From Diplonema japonicum (taxonomy: Eukaryota; Protista; Euglenozoa: Diplonemea), in contig OZ025742.1 in NCBI GenBank assembly GCA_964019335.1, positions 1-64,000 on the forward strand: DNA of 64,000 nt. Direction: 5' to 3'. This document shows positions 27,814 to 39,371 of this stretch, one piece after another (positions within the stretch are counted from its first letter, which is position 1; each line of letters starts with the position of its first letter). Position numbers and translations under genes: made by a program. The notes below the pieces were generated by a model that was given only the letters and a program-made list of their open reading frames with translations, ran no database searches and had not been told where the DNA came from.

Positions 27814-30096
27814 ATGGAGAGACTGCGAGCGGGGTTACGCGGGTACGGCCTGGGGCTGGAGGGAGGAGCCGGAGGGCTGTACGCGGTGGCGGGGTCGAAG
27901 ACGGGAAAGAAGGGACATGAGGTGCGGCGCCTCATGGTGCAGGAGCTGCGGGGCAACGACAAGGAGTACACGAAGCTCCTTGAGGAAGGCACAGACTACG
28001 ACGAGTACTGTGTCGCCCACTCGAAGGACGGGACGAGCGCAGACCTGGTCTGTGTGCTGGCAGTGGCTAGGGCCACGCGGATGGACATCAACGTCGCCAC
28101 CTTCTCAGGGGACACCTTCATCGTCTACCCGGTGCCTGGGAAACCGAAGAAGGGACAGAAGCCGGTCCACATCGCCTTCGACGGGAAGTCCTTCTACGGC
28201 GTCATCGAGCCGAGGACACCGTCGGCACTGAAAGGGGTGACAGCTACGGACTTCACCCCCCCAAAAGTAGGGGTCCCCGTAGCGGATGGACAGAAGAAGG
28301 CGTGGACGGTGGTCGGCAAACCACAACGAAAAGCAAGGATGACGAAGAAGGAGGAAAGGGCGTGGAAGCTAGAAAGCGACCAGTACAACGTCCCTTTCGT
28401 AACGTGGGAGGAGTTACTCGAGGGCAAGGACGGGGTAGCGATGGCCAGTGAAAAGTGCGTGGAGGAGGCAGCAGGACAGGAGTGGACGGGGAACAAGGCC
28501 TTATTGCTGAAGAAGGACGGTGAAGGAAGACACAAGCACGACATCGTTCTGCAAGATGGGAAGGCATACTCCAACAGACGGATGTTCGTGCTATTACTAT
28601 CCGGAAAAATAGAACGCGTCACAAGGGAGGACACACGGGACGTAAAGTTAGGGGAGCACTACAGCAGGGCAGCGGTAATCATACCGAAGGCATATGTACC
28701 TTCTTCACTGTGGGAGACGGCGGCAACGTCGCCAAGGAAGTGGCTGACAGAAGTCCTCAAGTTCGAGTCGATCATAGCAGTGTCCAAGGTGTCGAGCGGC
28801 CCGAACCCCCACGTAGACGCACTGGTGACGTTGCCGAAGGTCGAGCTCGCCAACATGGTAAAGGGGTCCGGAAGCAAAGGGGTCTTCATCAAACCAAGGG
28901 ATGGCAAGCCGCAGCCAGTTGCATGGCTGCCGAAAGAGACCACGCTGGAACAGGCGCTGAGCTTCGGCGAGGGACACGGCCTGGCCCTGAGGGAGTCCGA
29001 CGGGAGACTAGGTGTCAGAACCACAGAAGAAGGGAAGATTCCGCTGCTTAGCCGAATACTCGGAGAGGAGACGAGGAAGAGCGGACAACACGGGGAGCCG
29101 ATGTGGAGACTCTCGGGGCTCTACCGTGAGGCGGGGGAAGTGCAGGTGCGACACATCCTGCGGGCCATAGGATGGAATGGTGTACCAGTGCGCGGCAGCT
29201 GGGCGGGCAACACGAAGTGCTGGCTGATACGAGGACCGCAACCGCCGACGACATCCCTCCGTATTACGGGACCGCAGGGGGACGTTCTGCATTGCAGGAT
29301 TGCTCAGGATGAGGGACCACCACCGAACGGTAAGCCGAGGACAACCCAGGTGTGGGGCAGGGCGGCAACACCGGGAAAGTCGTTCCTGAACGCTCTCAAG
29401 AATGGCCCGACACAGGGGGGACCACGGCCCAGCACAAGCGACCCCGCCAGACACGGAAAGCAATCGGACTCAAAGCAGACAGGACCACGCCCCAGCACAG
29501 GTGGTGCCTCGACTGAGAAAGCGCAGAAGACAAAGACAGCAGAGAACAAACAACAAACCTCTGCAGTGGAAGACAGGCTCACCGCCATCGAGCGCGCCCT
29601 TAAAAAGATCGCGGGAGGACCGACACCGGAGGTCAAACCTACAGCGGAGGTAGAGAGGCTAAGGCAGGAAAACGCCCGACTGGAGAGGGAAGTCCAGAAA
29701 ATGGGGACGCAAATGGACATGATGTCCAAACAGATCGGGGAACTGATGAAGCAGGTTAAGAGCGGGCCGGCCCCCCTTGGACAGACCTTCGCACAGAAAA
29801 TAGCCCAAGGAAAAGAACAATCTTTTGACTTTACGGACGATGACGACGACTTGGGACCCCCACCAACAGAAGAAGACGAGGAAATGGAACGAGAACCAGA
29901 GGGAGAGGACGAGGACGAAGATTGCGATTGGAGAATCTGCAAGGCGACCGGGAGCTCACACGTTTTCAACAATGTGTTCCATCACTGGGACGCGGGATGC
30001 AGTGTTTGTGGGGAGGCCCTCACGAAGAAGAGACAAGGTGTAAAGTGCCTCCAGCAGGATTGTATGGTGTGTGTTTGCCGAGCATGCGCGAAGTGA
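27814..30096 (+). CDS. E4 ORF1: degenerate OTU-like domain, RRM-like core, coiled coil, C-terminal Cys/His zinc finger
   Basis: HEVRRLMVQEL..Y..YC..DGT.AD..VLAVA..INV..HIAFDGKSFYGV; CSVC..CLQQDC..VCRAC. Confidence 0.8.
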   Translation: MERLRAGLRGYGLGLEGGAGGLYAVAGSKTGKKGHEVRRLMVQELRGNDKEYTKLLEEGTDYDEYCVAHSKDGTSADLVCVLAVARATRMDINVATFSGDTFIVYPVPGKPKKGQKPVHIAFDGKSFYGVIEPRTPSALKGVTATDFTPPKVGVPVADGQKKAWTVVGKPQRKARMTKKEERAWKLESDQYNVPFVTWEELLEGKDGVAMASEKCVEEAAGQEWTGNKALLLKKDGEGRHKHDIVLQDGKAYSNRRMFVLLLSGKIERVTREDTRDVKLGEHYSRAAVIIPKAYVPSSLWETAATSPRKWLTEVLKFESIIAVSKVSSGPNPHVDALVTLPKVELANMVKGSGSKGVFIKPRDGKPQPVAWLPKETTLEQALSFGEGHGLALRESDGRLGVRTTEEGKIPLLSRILGEETRKSGQHGEPMWRLSGLYREAGEVQVRHILRAIGWNGVPVRGSWAGNTKCWLIRGPQPPTTSLRITGPQGDVLHCRIAQDEGPPPNGKPRTTQVWGRAATPGKSFLNALKNGPTQGGPRPSTSDPARHGKQSDSKQTGPRPSTGGASTEKAQKTKTAENKQQTSAVEDRLTAIERALKKIAGGPTPEVKPTAEVERLRQENARLEREVQKMGTQMDMMSKQIGELMKQVKSGPAPLGQTFAQKIAQGKEQSFDFTDDDDDLGPPPTEEDEEMEREPEGEDEDEDCDWRICKATGSSHVFNNVFHHWDAGCSVCGEALTKKRQGVKCLQQDCMVCVCRACAK

Positions 30097-33000
30097 CATG
30101 AAGTGAACGATGACCCCCACTCACGCGCCAATCCCCTCCCCTCATCATCATCAAAATCGATATCATCAGTAACATCATCATCATCAACATCACTTGAACC
30201 ATCGAAATATGACCCAAAAGGGTTAGCCGAAAAGAAATTCGAGCGACTGGTCGTGGATGGGATAGAGCCAAACCCGGGACCCATCGTGCCCCGCCCGCCA
30301 GCGGGGAATAGCTTCACGATCCTAACACATAATGGATCGTCATTGAACAACCGTCTCGGAGAGTACGCGGGTGTCCTCCCGGATGTGTTCTGCATGCAGG
30401 AGACGGCACTCACGGCGCAAACGCAGTTGGAAATAGAACGAGTACTGAGAGAGGACGAGTGGGGGAAGCAGTACGAAAGGCTGTGGAGCAAACCGCAACC
30501 GGGGAGGAAGTCCAAGGGAGTCACCTCGCTGACCATAGCAGAACGAGGAGGGCTGGGAACACTGGTGAAGAAGCCGAGGACAGCAGTTCGATGTGAAACG
30601 AGCGGACCGCACAAAGATCGGTGGACGCACGTCAAGGTGTCGCTAGACGCCGACAAACGCTGGTTCCACATAGTGAACGTCTACTGCCACTCCGGCCAGG
30701 ACCCCATCAAGAAGGGAAAGCGAGAGGAACTCCTGAACTACATACTGCACCGCCTGAGGTTTGAGCTTGGGAACGTGCCAGTGGCGGTGGTGGGGGATTT
30801 CAACACCGATGAACACCGATCCCCAGTACTGAAGAAAGCCCTGCAGACAGATTGGATTGACGCCGCGGACTTCTGTGCGAGGCGGGAAGGGACACCACTG
30901 GAGGACACCTTCGTGAAGACCAACTGTGGGACAAGGATTGACAGGATCTTGTTGAACGCGGTGGCAGCGCAGGGCCTCAGACACTGTAGGGTGGACGGCT
31001 CAATTCTGGGCTCAGATCACCGCTGCTTGGCCGTGACCCTCAACGTCCCGGCCTTCCACCAGGAAGTCCTGAGATATGTGGTGCCGCAGGAGATCCCGAA
31101 GACGAAGAGAGCGCCTGCCGCGGTGGCGGCAAACCTGGTGCAGGAGTCGAGATACAAGGAGTACATCGCAGCAAAGAAGCCGACAGAAGCGCTGACGGAA
31201 ATCTCGAACATGGCGGAGACGTACCTCTTACATGGGTACGAAGGACCATCACGAGGATCGTACACAGGGAGGGGAAACGTGCGGAGGCCAATACCCATGG
31301 AACTAAGCGCGAGGTCGACGGGGACGGCAGTCGGGGCTGCCCCCACCAGGCAGATACGGCTCGAGAAGCTCAAGAAGAAGATACGAGCAGGACAAGACAG
31401 GATATCGCGACTGCAGGAGGAAGGAGGCTGCGGAGTGATGTCGACAGAGACCCGTAACTTGTTGAGGAACATCTCAAAGCTAGGAGGAGAGCTGGGGATA
31501 GAACACTGCCGTGTGGACGACGCAGAGAGCGTAGACGTGATCCAGGAGGACCTAGAAGTGGCTGAATGCTTCACCGAGGGAGAGCTTGCTGACCTGATAA
31601 CGAGCAGGAAAAGAGCACAAACGCGTGCCTACGAACGTTCGATCCGCACAAACTTCGCGAAGGAGAGAAGGCACGTGACGGCCTGGATGAATAACAGCAC
31701 CAAGCAAGGGACACAAACAGTGGATGCAGCAGACGGGGGAGTGACGGCCAACCTGAAGAAGATGGACAAAGTGATGCGGACGGCGTGGTCGGACATCTTC
31801 TGCGCACGAACACCAGAAGACGAGCCGCAGTTCGACGAGTTCCAGAGACGGTACGGTGAGCACATCAAGAGCAACCCGATGGCACACGCCCCCATCGACG
31901 CCAAGCTGCTGAAAGAGGTGATCGGTAAGAAAGCGGACAAGGGGGCATGCGGCGTGGACGGCTGGCGGATTGGTGAGTTGAAGCGCCTGCCGGCTCCGAT
32001 CCTACAAGCGTTTGCGGACCTCTTCAACTTGATAGAGGAGACGGGCGAATGGCCGATGCAGGTCACGACGGCACTCGTATCCCTCATCCCAAAGGGGGAA
32101 GGAACGGCACCTCTGGATCACCGACCGATCACAGTGACCAGTACCATTTACCGGCTGTGGGCAAGTGCACGACTGGTGCAGGTACTGAAATGGCAGGAGA
32201 GGTGGATCACACCACGACAACATGGTTTCAGGCCTAAACACAGCACGACCTCGGCGCTGATTGACTTATGCACGAAGCTAGAACTGGCACTGGTGGAGGA
32301 CGAGCCGCTAGAAGGACTTGCATTGGACTTCAGGAAGTGCTTCGACCTGGTCCCGCAACAATTGTCGCACGAACTGATGCTGGCCCTGGGACTAGACCCA
32401 GCAATCGCACGAGCACTCCAAGGAATGTACGGGCAAATCTCGAGGAGATTCAAGTTCCCCATAGGAATAGGGGCCACCTTTAAAGCAACGAATGGGATAC
32501 TCCAGGGGTGCCCGCTGTCGGTGATCATTATAAACGCCTTACTGGCGGTGATGATCAGGACAATCGAGAAGGAAGCACCTGGAACGGAGGTTCTGTCCTA
32601 TGCAGATGACACGTACCTTCTGGCAGAGTTGGAGAAGACCTTGCAGGCTGCGGTAAACGGAACTTTGGAGTTCTGCGGACTCACTGGGATGAAGCTTAAC
32701 CCGGAGAAAACGGTAGCGTTTGGCACGAAGAAGGGCTTCCGGTCAAAAGTGCTGGGTGATAGGACAGTAACACAGAAAGGGAGAGAGGTCGCAGTCCCCT
32801 ATAGAACAGTGACGTCGTTCAAGGCACTGGGCGTGATGGTGTTCACGAACAGGACAGGAACGACGTGGAACGAGCCAGCGACGGAAGCGGCCAACAAGCT
32901 AGACCGGCTGGGAGGGACAAGCCTGTCCTTCGAAACAAAAGGATACCTGATTGGAACATCGGTCTTGCCGTCGTGCCTCTACAGCAGCCCGTTCTCCCCT

Positions 33001-34450
33001 CCGAGTGATGAGGCGCTGAAGAAGCTAACAACGAGAGTGACCTGCAACCTATGGGGGCCTCACTTCCGAGGACGATCGCCTGCAGCGGTGAATACGGTTT
33101 TGCTGAAAGGACACATCAATGACCCGTTGTCCTACGTCATCTGTCACTCGCTAAAAGTGATATCGAGCGCGCTGGAAAGGACAGGGTCTTGGACAGAGAG
33201 TGCGACAAATAGTGCAGAGGTACGGCTCACAGAGGACCCCCCTGGGACCGGTGGGGAATCTGATATGCAGGTGGATGCCGAGAATCGGATGGGACTGGGA
33301 GAAGATGGAAATAGCCACAGAACTTGAGTGGCCCAAGCGAGGAAGCGCCTTCAGGGCGGCTGTAAGGGCAGCCAGGAGTGCGACACTAGCAACGGAACGG
33401 AAGACGGTCAGCGGACTCGGGGAAGGAGCAGATCCCAAAACGAATGACCTCTGGAGGACAGCTAAAGATCGCCATCTAGCTTTCTGTATCAAGAGGGTAA
33501 TTGCGGGAGGGATCCCCTACCTAAGTCCGTATGCCAGAGCAGGACCAAAGTGTGTACCCCCCACGAAGGAGGACGACGAGTCCGAGGGACGGAGCGAAGA
33601 AGAGGAAGATCAAGACGAGCCAGCGGCGCATGAAGGACAAGACGAGTCGGGATTTGAATGTGACCTCTGCCCGACCAAGCATGCGGACACAGTAACACTG
33701 CTACGCCACCAGCTGTACGAGTGCCCGCCAGCACGAGAGGAGCTGATACGGGAGGAGATGGAACCACTGCGCGACAGGACGGGATGGCCGCTCTGCCTCG
33801 AGCTGCATGCCATCCTACCAAGGGGGAACGGGTTCGAACACCTGGAGAAGCTGCAGCGATACCTGGCAATGGTGGTGGAAAAGCGGGACGAAGGGCTGAT
33901 GCAGGCAGAAGGCGGCAACAAGAAGCTACCATGGGAGCGGGAAGTGACAGGCAAAGTGACCCCGGTACCGACGACAGCACAGCTGGGGACAGTGGTGGGA
34001 CTGCTGGAGCAATTCGGGGAACCACTACTGGAATGGATGGGAAAGCTGCGATGGGTGGAGGGCGACACCGACTCGGAGGTTTCGGCAGCTGAACTTGCAC
34101 TCGACTTTGAGGAGACAACCGGAAAGTCACTGGGAGTCTACAACATGCAGAGGAAGGCACGCAGAATCAAGCTGTTGGTGGAGAGAGCCAACGCAGTGTG
34201 CAGAACGAGACGGATAAGACGCCCCTTCCCTGCGGACGGGGCAAAGAGGGTCAAGTCGCTCACAGCGATCGGAGGCAAGGCTGCAATAGGCTTTAACAGG
34301 AGACCGATCTTCGCATCAAGACAGACAGCGCAAAAGCTACAGGAGTTGAAAGGGACATACAAGAAAGAACGCGTGTCGAGACTACGAAAAGCTTTAAAGG
34401 CGACAATAGGAACGAAGGCTATGCTCCAGAAGGGGAGCATTAATAGATAG
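30097..34450 (+). CDS. E4 ORF2 (linker, 2A-like DGIEPNPG/P, APE, RT, Zn knuckle, C-terminal domain); one +1 frameshift at ~33185
   Basis: MQET, GDFN, RIDRI, SDH; HRPIT, DFRKCFD, GILQGCPLS, YADD; CDLC..HQLYEC; removing one G in acagggtc joins 30103-33327 to 33200-34450. Confidence 0.85.
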
Positions 34451-35066
34451 GAACTCACACCACAAGAGGCTGTCCTCGAGTGGGATTGTCTTTTACTATG
34501 AGTTTTTTTTCTTTTTCTTTTTTTGGCTTGTGTTTATGCGTGAATCAAAAGAAAAAAGAACCCCCCCCCCCCCCCCCCGATCAGAGTGGTTATCTGTACG
34601 GGTAATTATTTTTTCTTTTGGCTCATTGTACCCCCCCAAAAAAAGATGAAGGAAACTGGCGGATTCTGAAAACTTGATCTTCAGTTCGAGAAATTATATG
34701 GGGGGGGATGAGCTTTATTTTAGGGTTTACAGTGCTAACCATTCCTTGTTCAGTACTACAAGTGAGTCACTTTATTGCACTGTTTCTTTAATTTTTCGAG
34801 GCGAAGAAGAGGCCCTTAAAAGAGGGGGAAAAAAAAAAATAGAAATCACCTTAACAATGGTGAAGCAGAAAAACGAGTGAGTGACACTGCAACAATTTCT
34901 TCTTCTTCTTCTTCTTCTTTTTTTTCTCGAAAAAGCTTTAAAGGTTCAGGCTCCTGTCACATACCGCAGGTACCCTTAAATCTCTCTCTTTTTTTTTTTT
35001 TTTAGGCGATCCTGTCACATACTGCAGGTTCCCTTCAAAGGCATCTTTTTTTTTTTTTTTTTTTTT

Positions 35067-35206
35067 TTTAAGGCGACAATAGGAACGAAAGCTGTGTTCC
35101 AGAAGGGGAGCATTAATAGATACGAGCTCAGGCCACGTGAGGCTGTCCTCAGGTGGGATTTTCTTTTTCTATGAGTTTTTTTTTTTTTTTTTCTTTTTTT
35201 TTTTTT
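35067..35206 (+). repeat. Diverged 5'-truncated copy of the E4 3' end with T-tail
   Basis: Aligns to 34394-34523 (aaggcgacaataggaacgaa..gagcattaatagata..gaggctgtcctc..ctatgagttttt). Confidence 0.85.
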
Positions 35207-35210
35207 TTAA

Positions 35211-37399
35211 CCATTAAAGGACGGGGGTTTTTGGGCAAAAAAAAGGTCACCATCGACTTTTTTATTTTCTAAAATTAAAACATCCTCGAGCATGCAACCA
35301 TAGAACGACGCTTGTGTAAAAGAAAATACATCACCCAGGAGGGACAAAAAACACCCCCAGACGCCCCTCAAAGGCCCTGGGAAGTGAATAGAATAAGGAA
35401 TTGAAGTGAAATTTATTGTAAAACCCCACCCATAGGTTAGACACTTCCTTACTTTTTTCGCTTGGGCCTCGGGGTGCTAGGGGGGGTTTTGCTTTTGGGA
35501 CTTGGCTCAGATGACGACCTGGGGAGAAGGGTATGTGTTTGGAGACGCTGGTACCTTAGGCGTTTCTTCGGTGTGGCCGGGCCTCCAGAGGGGGTAGATT
35601 GGGGTGGGTAAACCACTGGTTCGTGATAGTCCGCAAAGCAAGCTGGGCACAGATGCACGTTACAAGCCTTGCAGATGGAGATAGTTTGCACCCGGACCCC
35701 CAAAACACGCATGTGGTGTGTCCATTGTCTTGCTGCATCCAGTTTTTTGGACCAGTGACCTTTGGTGAAGTCGCGCCTGGCATCTTCCCTGGGCCCCTCG
35801 GTCCCCATTTCAGAACGGGTGCTTGCTGGGCGGTTGTTTCCGGACTGGCGCATGACAGTCGAAAAGCTGTTGTCGCTCATCGCAAACCCGTTTTTGGGCC
35901 TGCCTGGGCCTACTTGCTTCTTCACTGGGGCAAGATTAGGTACATTCTGTCGGTTTTCTTCGGATTGTTACCACCATTGACTGGACTTTCCTCGGATTGT
36001 TTCCACCACAAACCCGATTCCCACATCTGTTGTACAAGGGCAACGCCAGTATAGAAGTTATCGATGCCGGGGTACAAGGGGAACGCTACCGATGCCGAGC
36101 CATCCACCAGGTGGACACGAATAGTGGCATCGACAAGTCACGTGGGGTGTGCTTTCAGACTGAGCACGACGTTCACTTCATGTCAAGCAAGACGCCATTG
36201 AAGGCACCGCAGAAGATACGGGAGAACGTTGTAAGAGCTTTCATTGTCGCGCTCGAGCTGCAGGGCTCGAAGCAGAGCTCCGCCGCCGAGACATTCTGGT
36301 CGCCATGTTGTCCTTTTTTGGCATCATAAGCATTGGTGCTTCTGCAGTGATCACGTGGTACGCCAATCCTGCACGCGAGTCAGGGCTCCCAAACACCAGC
36401 ACCCCCCTACAATGACCTCGATCCTTCACCAAATGGGAAGGTAATATGCCAAGTGCTGAGATACCTCACATCGGGGTCCACAGTGCTGTGTTTGATTGCT
36501 TTTTCACGCTTTTACAATGGTATTAGCACTGCGGACAGTAGATCGACAAGTTGAACACGACCCTGTGTCAGATCCTGTCCGTGCACAGCCTCACCTGTCC
36601 TCTTTGCAGGCTGGAATACTCTGAAGCGATGCCTACCGTGTGACTTGATCATACTCTCATCAATGATCGATTCTCCGGGGGAATAGTGTTGCAGACAGGT
36701 AGGGGAGCAAGAATCTTATTTTTTGCAACCTGTCTGTCTCTTCACCCCTCCAAAATGCAACGACCGCTGTAAGCGCAAAAAGCAGTAACGTTTCATTACA
36801 CTTGCCAAAAAAAAGGTGTGGCGAGGGCACAAATGGTCGGCCAGTAAACTTTTATGCCAGCCTTGCGGATGATGTCCATGAGCACCCACAAGGCCACAAA
36901 CTGATAGATATCGTCCACAGTGAAGTCAAAGTCGGGGTTGTGGTGCTTGCAAACGGTGCAAAGAGATTTCACAAACCCCATTGAGATGAACAGCTTGGAA
37001 ATCCTTGATGCACTCATGTGGGAAAAGGGTGATTTCTGCCCCCCCTGCCCTGTCACTTCTTACGCGTAACCTGCGTAATATCGCTCTCACAGGGCATATT
37101 TTCACTCTTCTCGTCACTACTGGCGCTAGGTGAGGTCCCATCGTCAGTGAGAATGTCCCCTTTGGCACTCCCGAACTCGTCTGAATCAGTACTGCTCATA
37201 TGAGCTTTCGTGCCACCAAAAACAGGTTTCGAGGGTGTTTTTGGAGGTTAATCTAGGGGCCAAAAGTGATTTTCGATGGAAAAGAAATCGCGGAACTAGG
37301 TCATTCTGTGCAAGGGTAAGGGTCTATGGTACTTAAAATGCCTATACAAAAATTTTAATTTTTTGATCGCTAGATAACTAGCGCATCGTCCTTTAATGG
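35211..37399 (-). mobile_element. Decayed piggyBac-family DNA transposon
   Basis: TTAA TSDs (35207-35210, 37400-37403), perfect 13-bp TIR ccattaaaggacg; transposase remnants IDESMIK..GR..F..QPAK, DNFYT, C-terminal CKACNVHLC..CF..YH. Confidence 0.93.
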
Positions 37400-37427
37400 T
37401 TAATTTTTTTTTTTGTATCTCTCTCCC

Positions 37428-37613
37428 AGGGGCTATGTTGGCAAGAAACGGGCGTTTGCCGCTTCCTTACGCCCCCGGATCCGGAATGTCCAAAGGTTCA
37501 CTGAATTTCTTTTTCTCGGAATTCTTAAAAATAATATACGTTTCCGTTTCCATATTTTCAGGGGAAAAAAAAAAGAAAGCTTGGAAACTCGTTTCCTTGC
37601 CAACATAGCCCCT
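37428..37613. repeat. MITE-like inverted repeat (~23-bp arms)
   Basis: aggggctatgttggcaagaaacg / cgtttccttgccaacatagcccct. Confidence 0.55.
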
Positions 37614-37960
37614 CCCCACTCTCTATCTTCACAATTTCGATAAAAAGACCTCGTTTCTAGATTTCTTTTATTTGCGAACAGTGAGCACCTCCATGCAAAC
37701 TGAAACTTTATCGAATTTATTTTATTTGTCATTCCCACCCCTTTCCCCCCCGAGTGAAGGTGCGGCGTAGGTCATTGCACACGTGTCACAGTTAGTTAGC
37801 CCCACCATCCCTGTGTATGACTCTAAGGCATTCGAACTCGGTTCTCTTAACTCTTCTTCATTTTCTTTCCTCCTTTTTGTACAACGCCACGACAGAAACA
37901 GTTTGCTTTTCTTTTTCTTCTTCTTTTTTCTTTTTCTTTTTTCCTTTCCCTTTTCAAAAA

Positions 37961-38895
37961 ATGATGTTCATGGGCTGCAATGAGTGTGGCTCCTTACCTG
38001 ACGTGCAGCAGGCGCTTTGACTGTAATGTGGACGGTCCTGTGTTTTGCCGACAGGGGCAATCAGTCGTATTGCACGGTCAGGGTTTGTGTGAGAATTATG
38101 CATCAACATGTGGAACGACGACACGGAGAGGGTCGGGCTTTCTTTGGCGACACAGAAGCTCCCCCCACCGACGCGCCCGCCACACCAGCACCGCCGGTGA
38201 CGCCATGCTACGGGATCACCTGCGAGGTGGGCACGCGATGCGAGGTTTACGCGGCGAGCGGCAGTCCTTCGTGCATCGACATGCCTCTGTGTCCCAACAT
38301 CACGTGTGGTGTGAACGAGACCTGCGGGCTCGTCGCGGTGGGTAAGGAGCAACTGTGCATTCTGAAAAAAGATTCTTGTGAGGGAACAGGTCTGGGAACG
38401 GGTTATGCGTCACGAAGAATGACGCTTGCTATGACGGGATCGCAGGTAAGGGCCAATGCGCACAGGGGGAGTTCTGCATCAGCCAGTCCACTTCTTCTGG
38501 GGAGCCGCACTACTGCGACTCAGACCTCTTCAACGACCCTTGCAAGGATGTCGTGTGCCCCAGCGATATGCGGTGCAGGGCGGAAGGCTTGGGCAACCCG
38601 CTGTGCGCCGTTCCCGACCCTTGTTGGAACCTGAGGTCGAATTCCTCTACCTGTAGCTACTCGACCAATATCTGTTACCTTGATAGCTCTTATGACGCTG
38701 TGTGCGACTGGAACCCTTGCACCTCGTCGTCAGGATCCATCTGTCCTTGGGGCAGCCTCTGCAAAGTGAACCCACTGGTGACTACTACTGTGTGGACTTG
38801 GAACCCTGCGGCAAGCTTTCATGTGCGTGGAACGAGACATGTGCCTTCGACGGAAGCAACCAAGCCAAATGCATCTCGAAAAGAGACCCTTGCGA
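37961..38895 (+). pseudogene. Internally deleted, frameshifted copy of the Cys-rich gene at 23461
   Basis: 38099-38385 matches ~23995-24283 and 38386-38895 matches ~24857-25367; shared upstream motif. Confidence 0.85.
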
Positions 38896-38928
38896 GTCTT
38901 ACATGCGCCAAAAGGGACTTGATATGTA

Positions 38929-39275
38929 ACACGTGCCCTGTGTCAGATTCCACCCGTACACCTTCACCTGTCCTCTTTGCAGGCTGGAATACTCTGAAGC
39001 AATGCCTACCGTGTGACTTGATCATACTCTCATCAATGATCGATTCTCCGGGGGAATAGTGTTGCAGACAGGTAGGGGAGCAAGAATTTCTTCACCTCTC
39101 TAAAATGCAACGACCGTTGTAAGCGCAAAAGCAGCAACGTTTCATTGCATTTGCCAAAAAAAGGTGTGGCGAGGACAGAAATGCTCGGCCAGTTGTCCTT
39201 TATGCCGACCTTGATGTTCATGAGCATCCACAAGGTCAGAAACTCATAAATATCGTCCAGTGAGTTCAAAATCGA
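38929..39275 (-). mobile_element. piggyBac transposase fragment paralogous to 36556-36934
   Basis: Near-identical gtgtgacttgatcatactctcatcaatgatcgattctccggggg block. Confidence 0.85.
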
Positions 39276-39371
39276 TCCATCTTTTCTTTTTGCAGTTTTC
39301 TTTCTTCTTGCTCCTTTTTTTTACTGACATGCAACCTTATCCATCCCTCACACTCAGGTACCTCCACAACA

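Larger units (their letters stand above)
27620..34523 (+). mobile_element. E4: near full-length APE-type non-LTR retrotransposon without RNase H (ORF1-UGA-2A-ORF2), T-rich 3' end; 5' boundary approximate
   Basis: Two ORFs, APE/RT motifs, 3' stem-loop and T-run duplicated at 35067-35206. Confidence 0.85.

Noticed and set aside
33180-33200. Programmed frameshift in E4 ORF2
   Set aside because: Single extra G in a GGG run with no slippery heptamer; mutation or sequencing error is more likely
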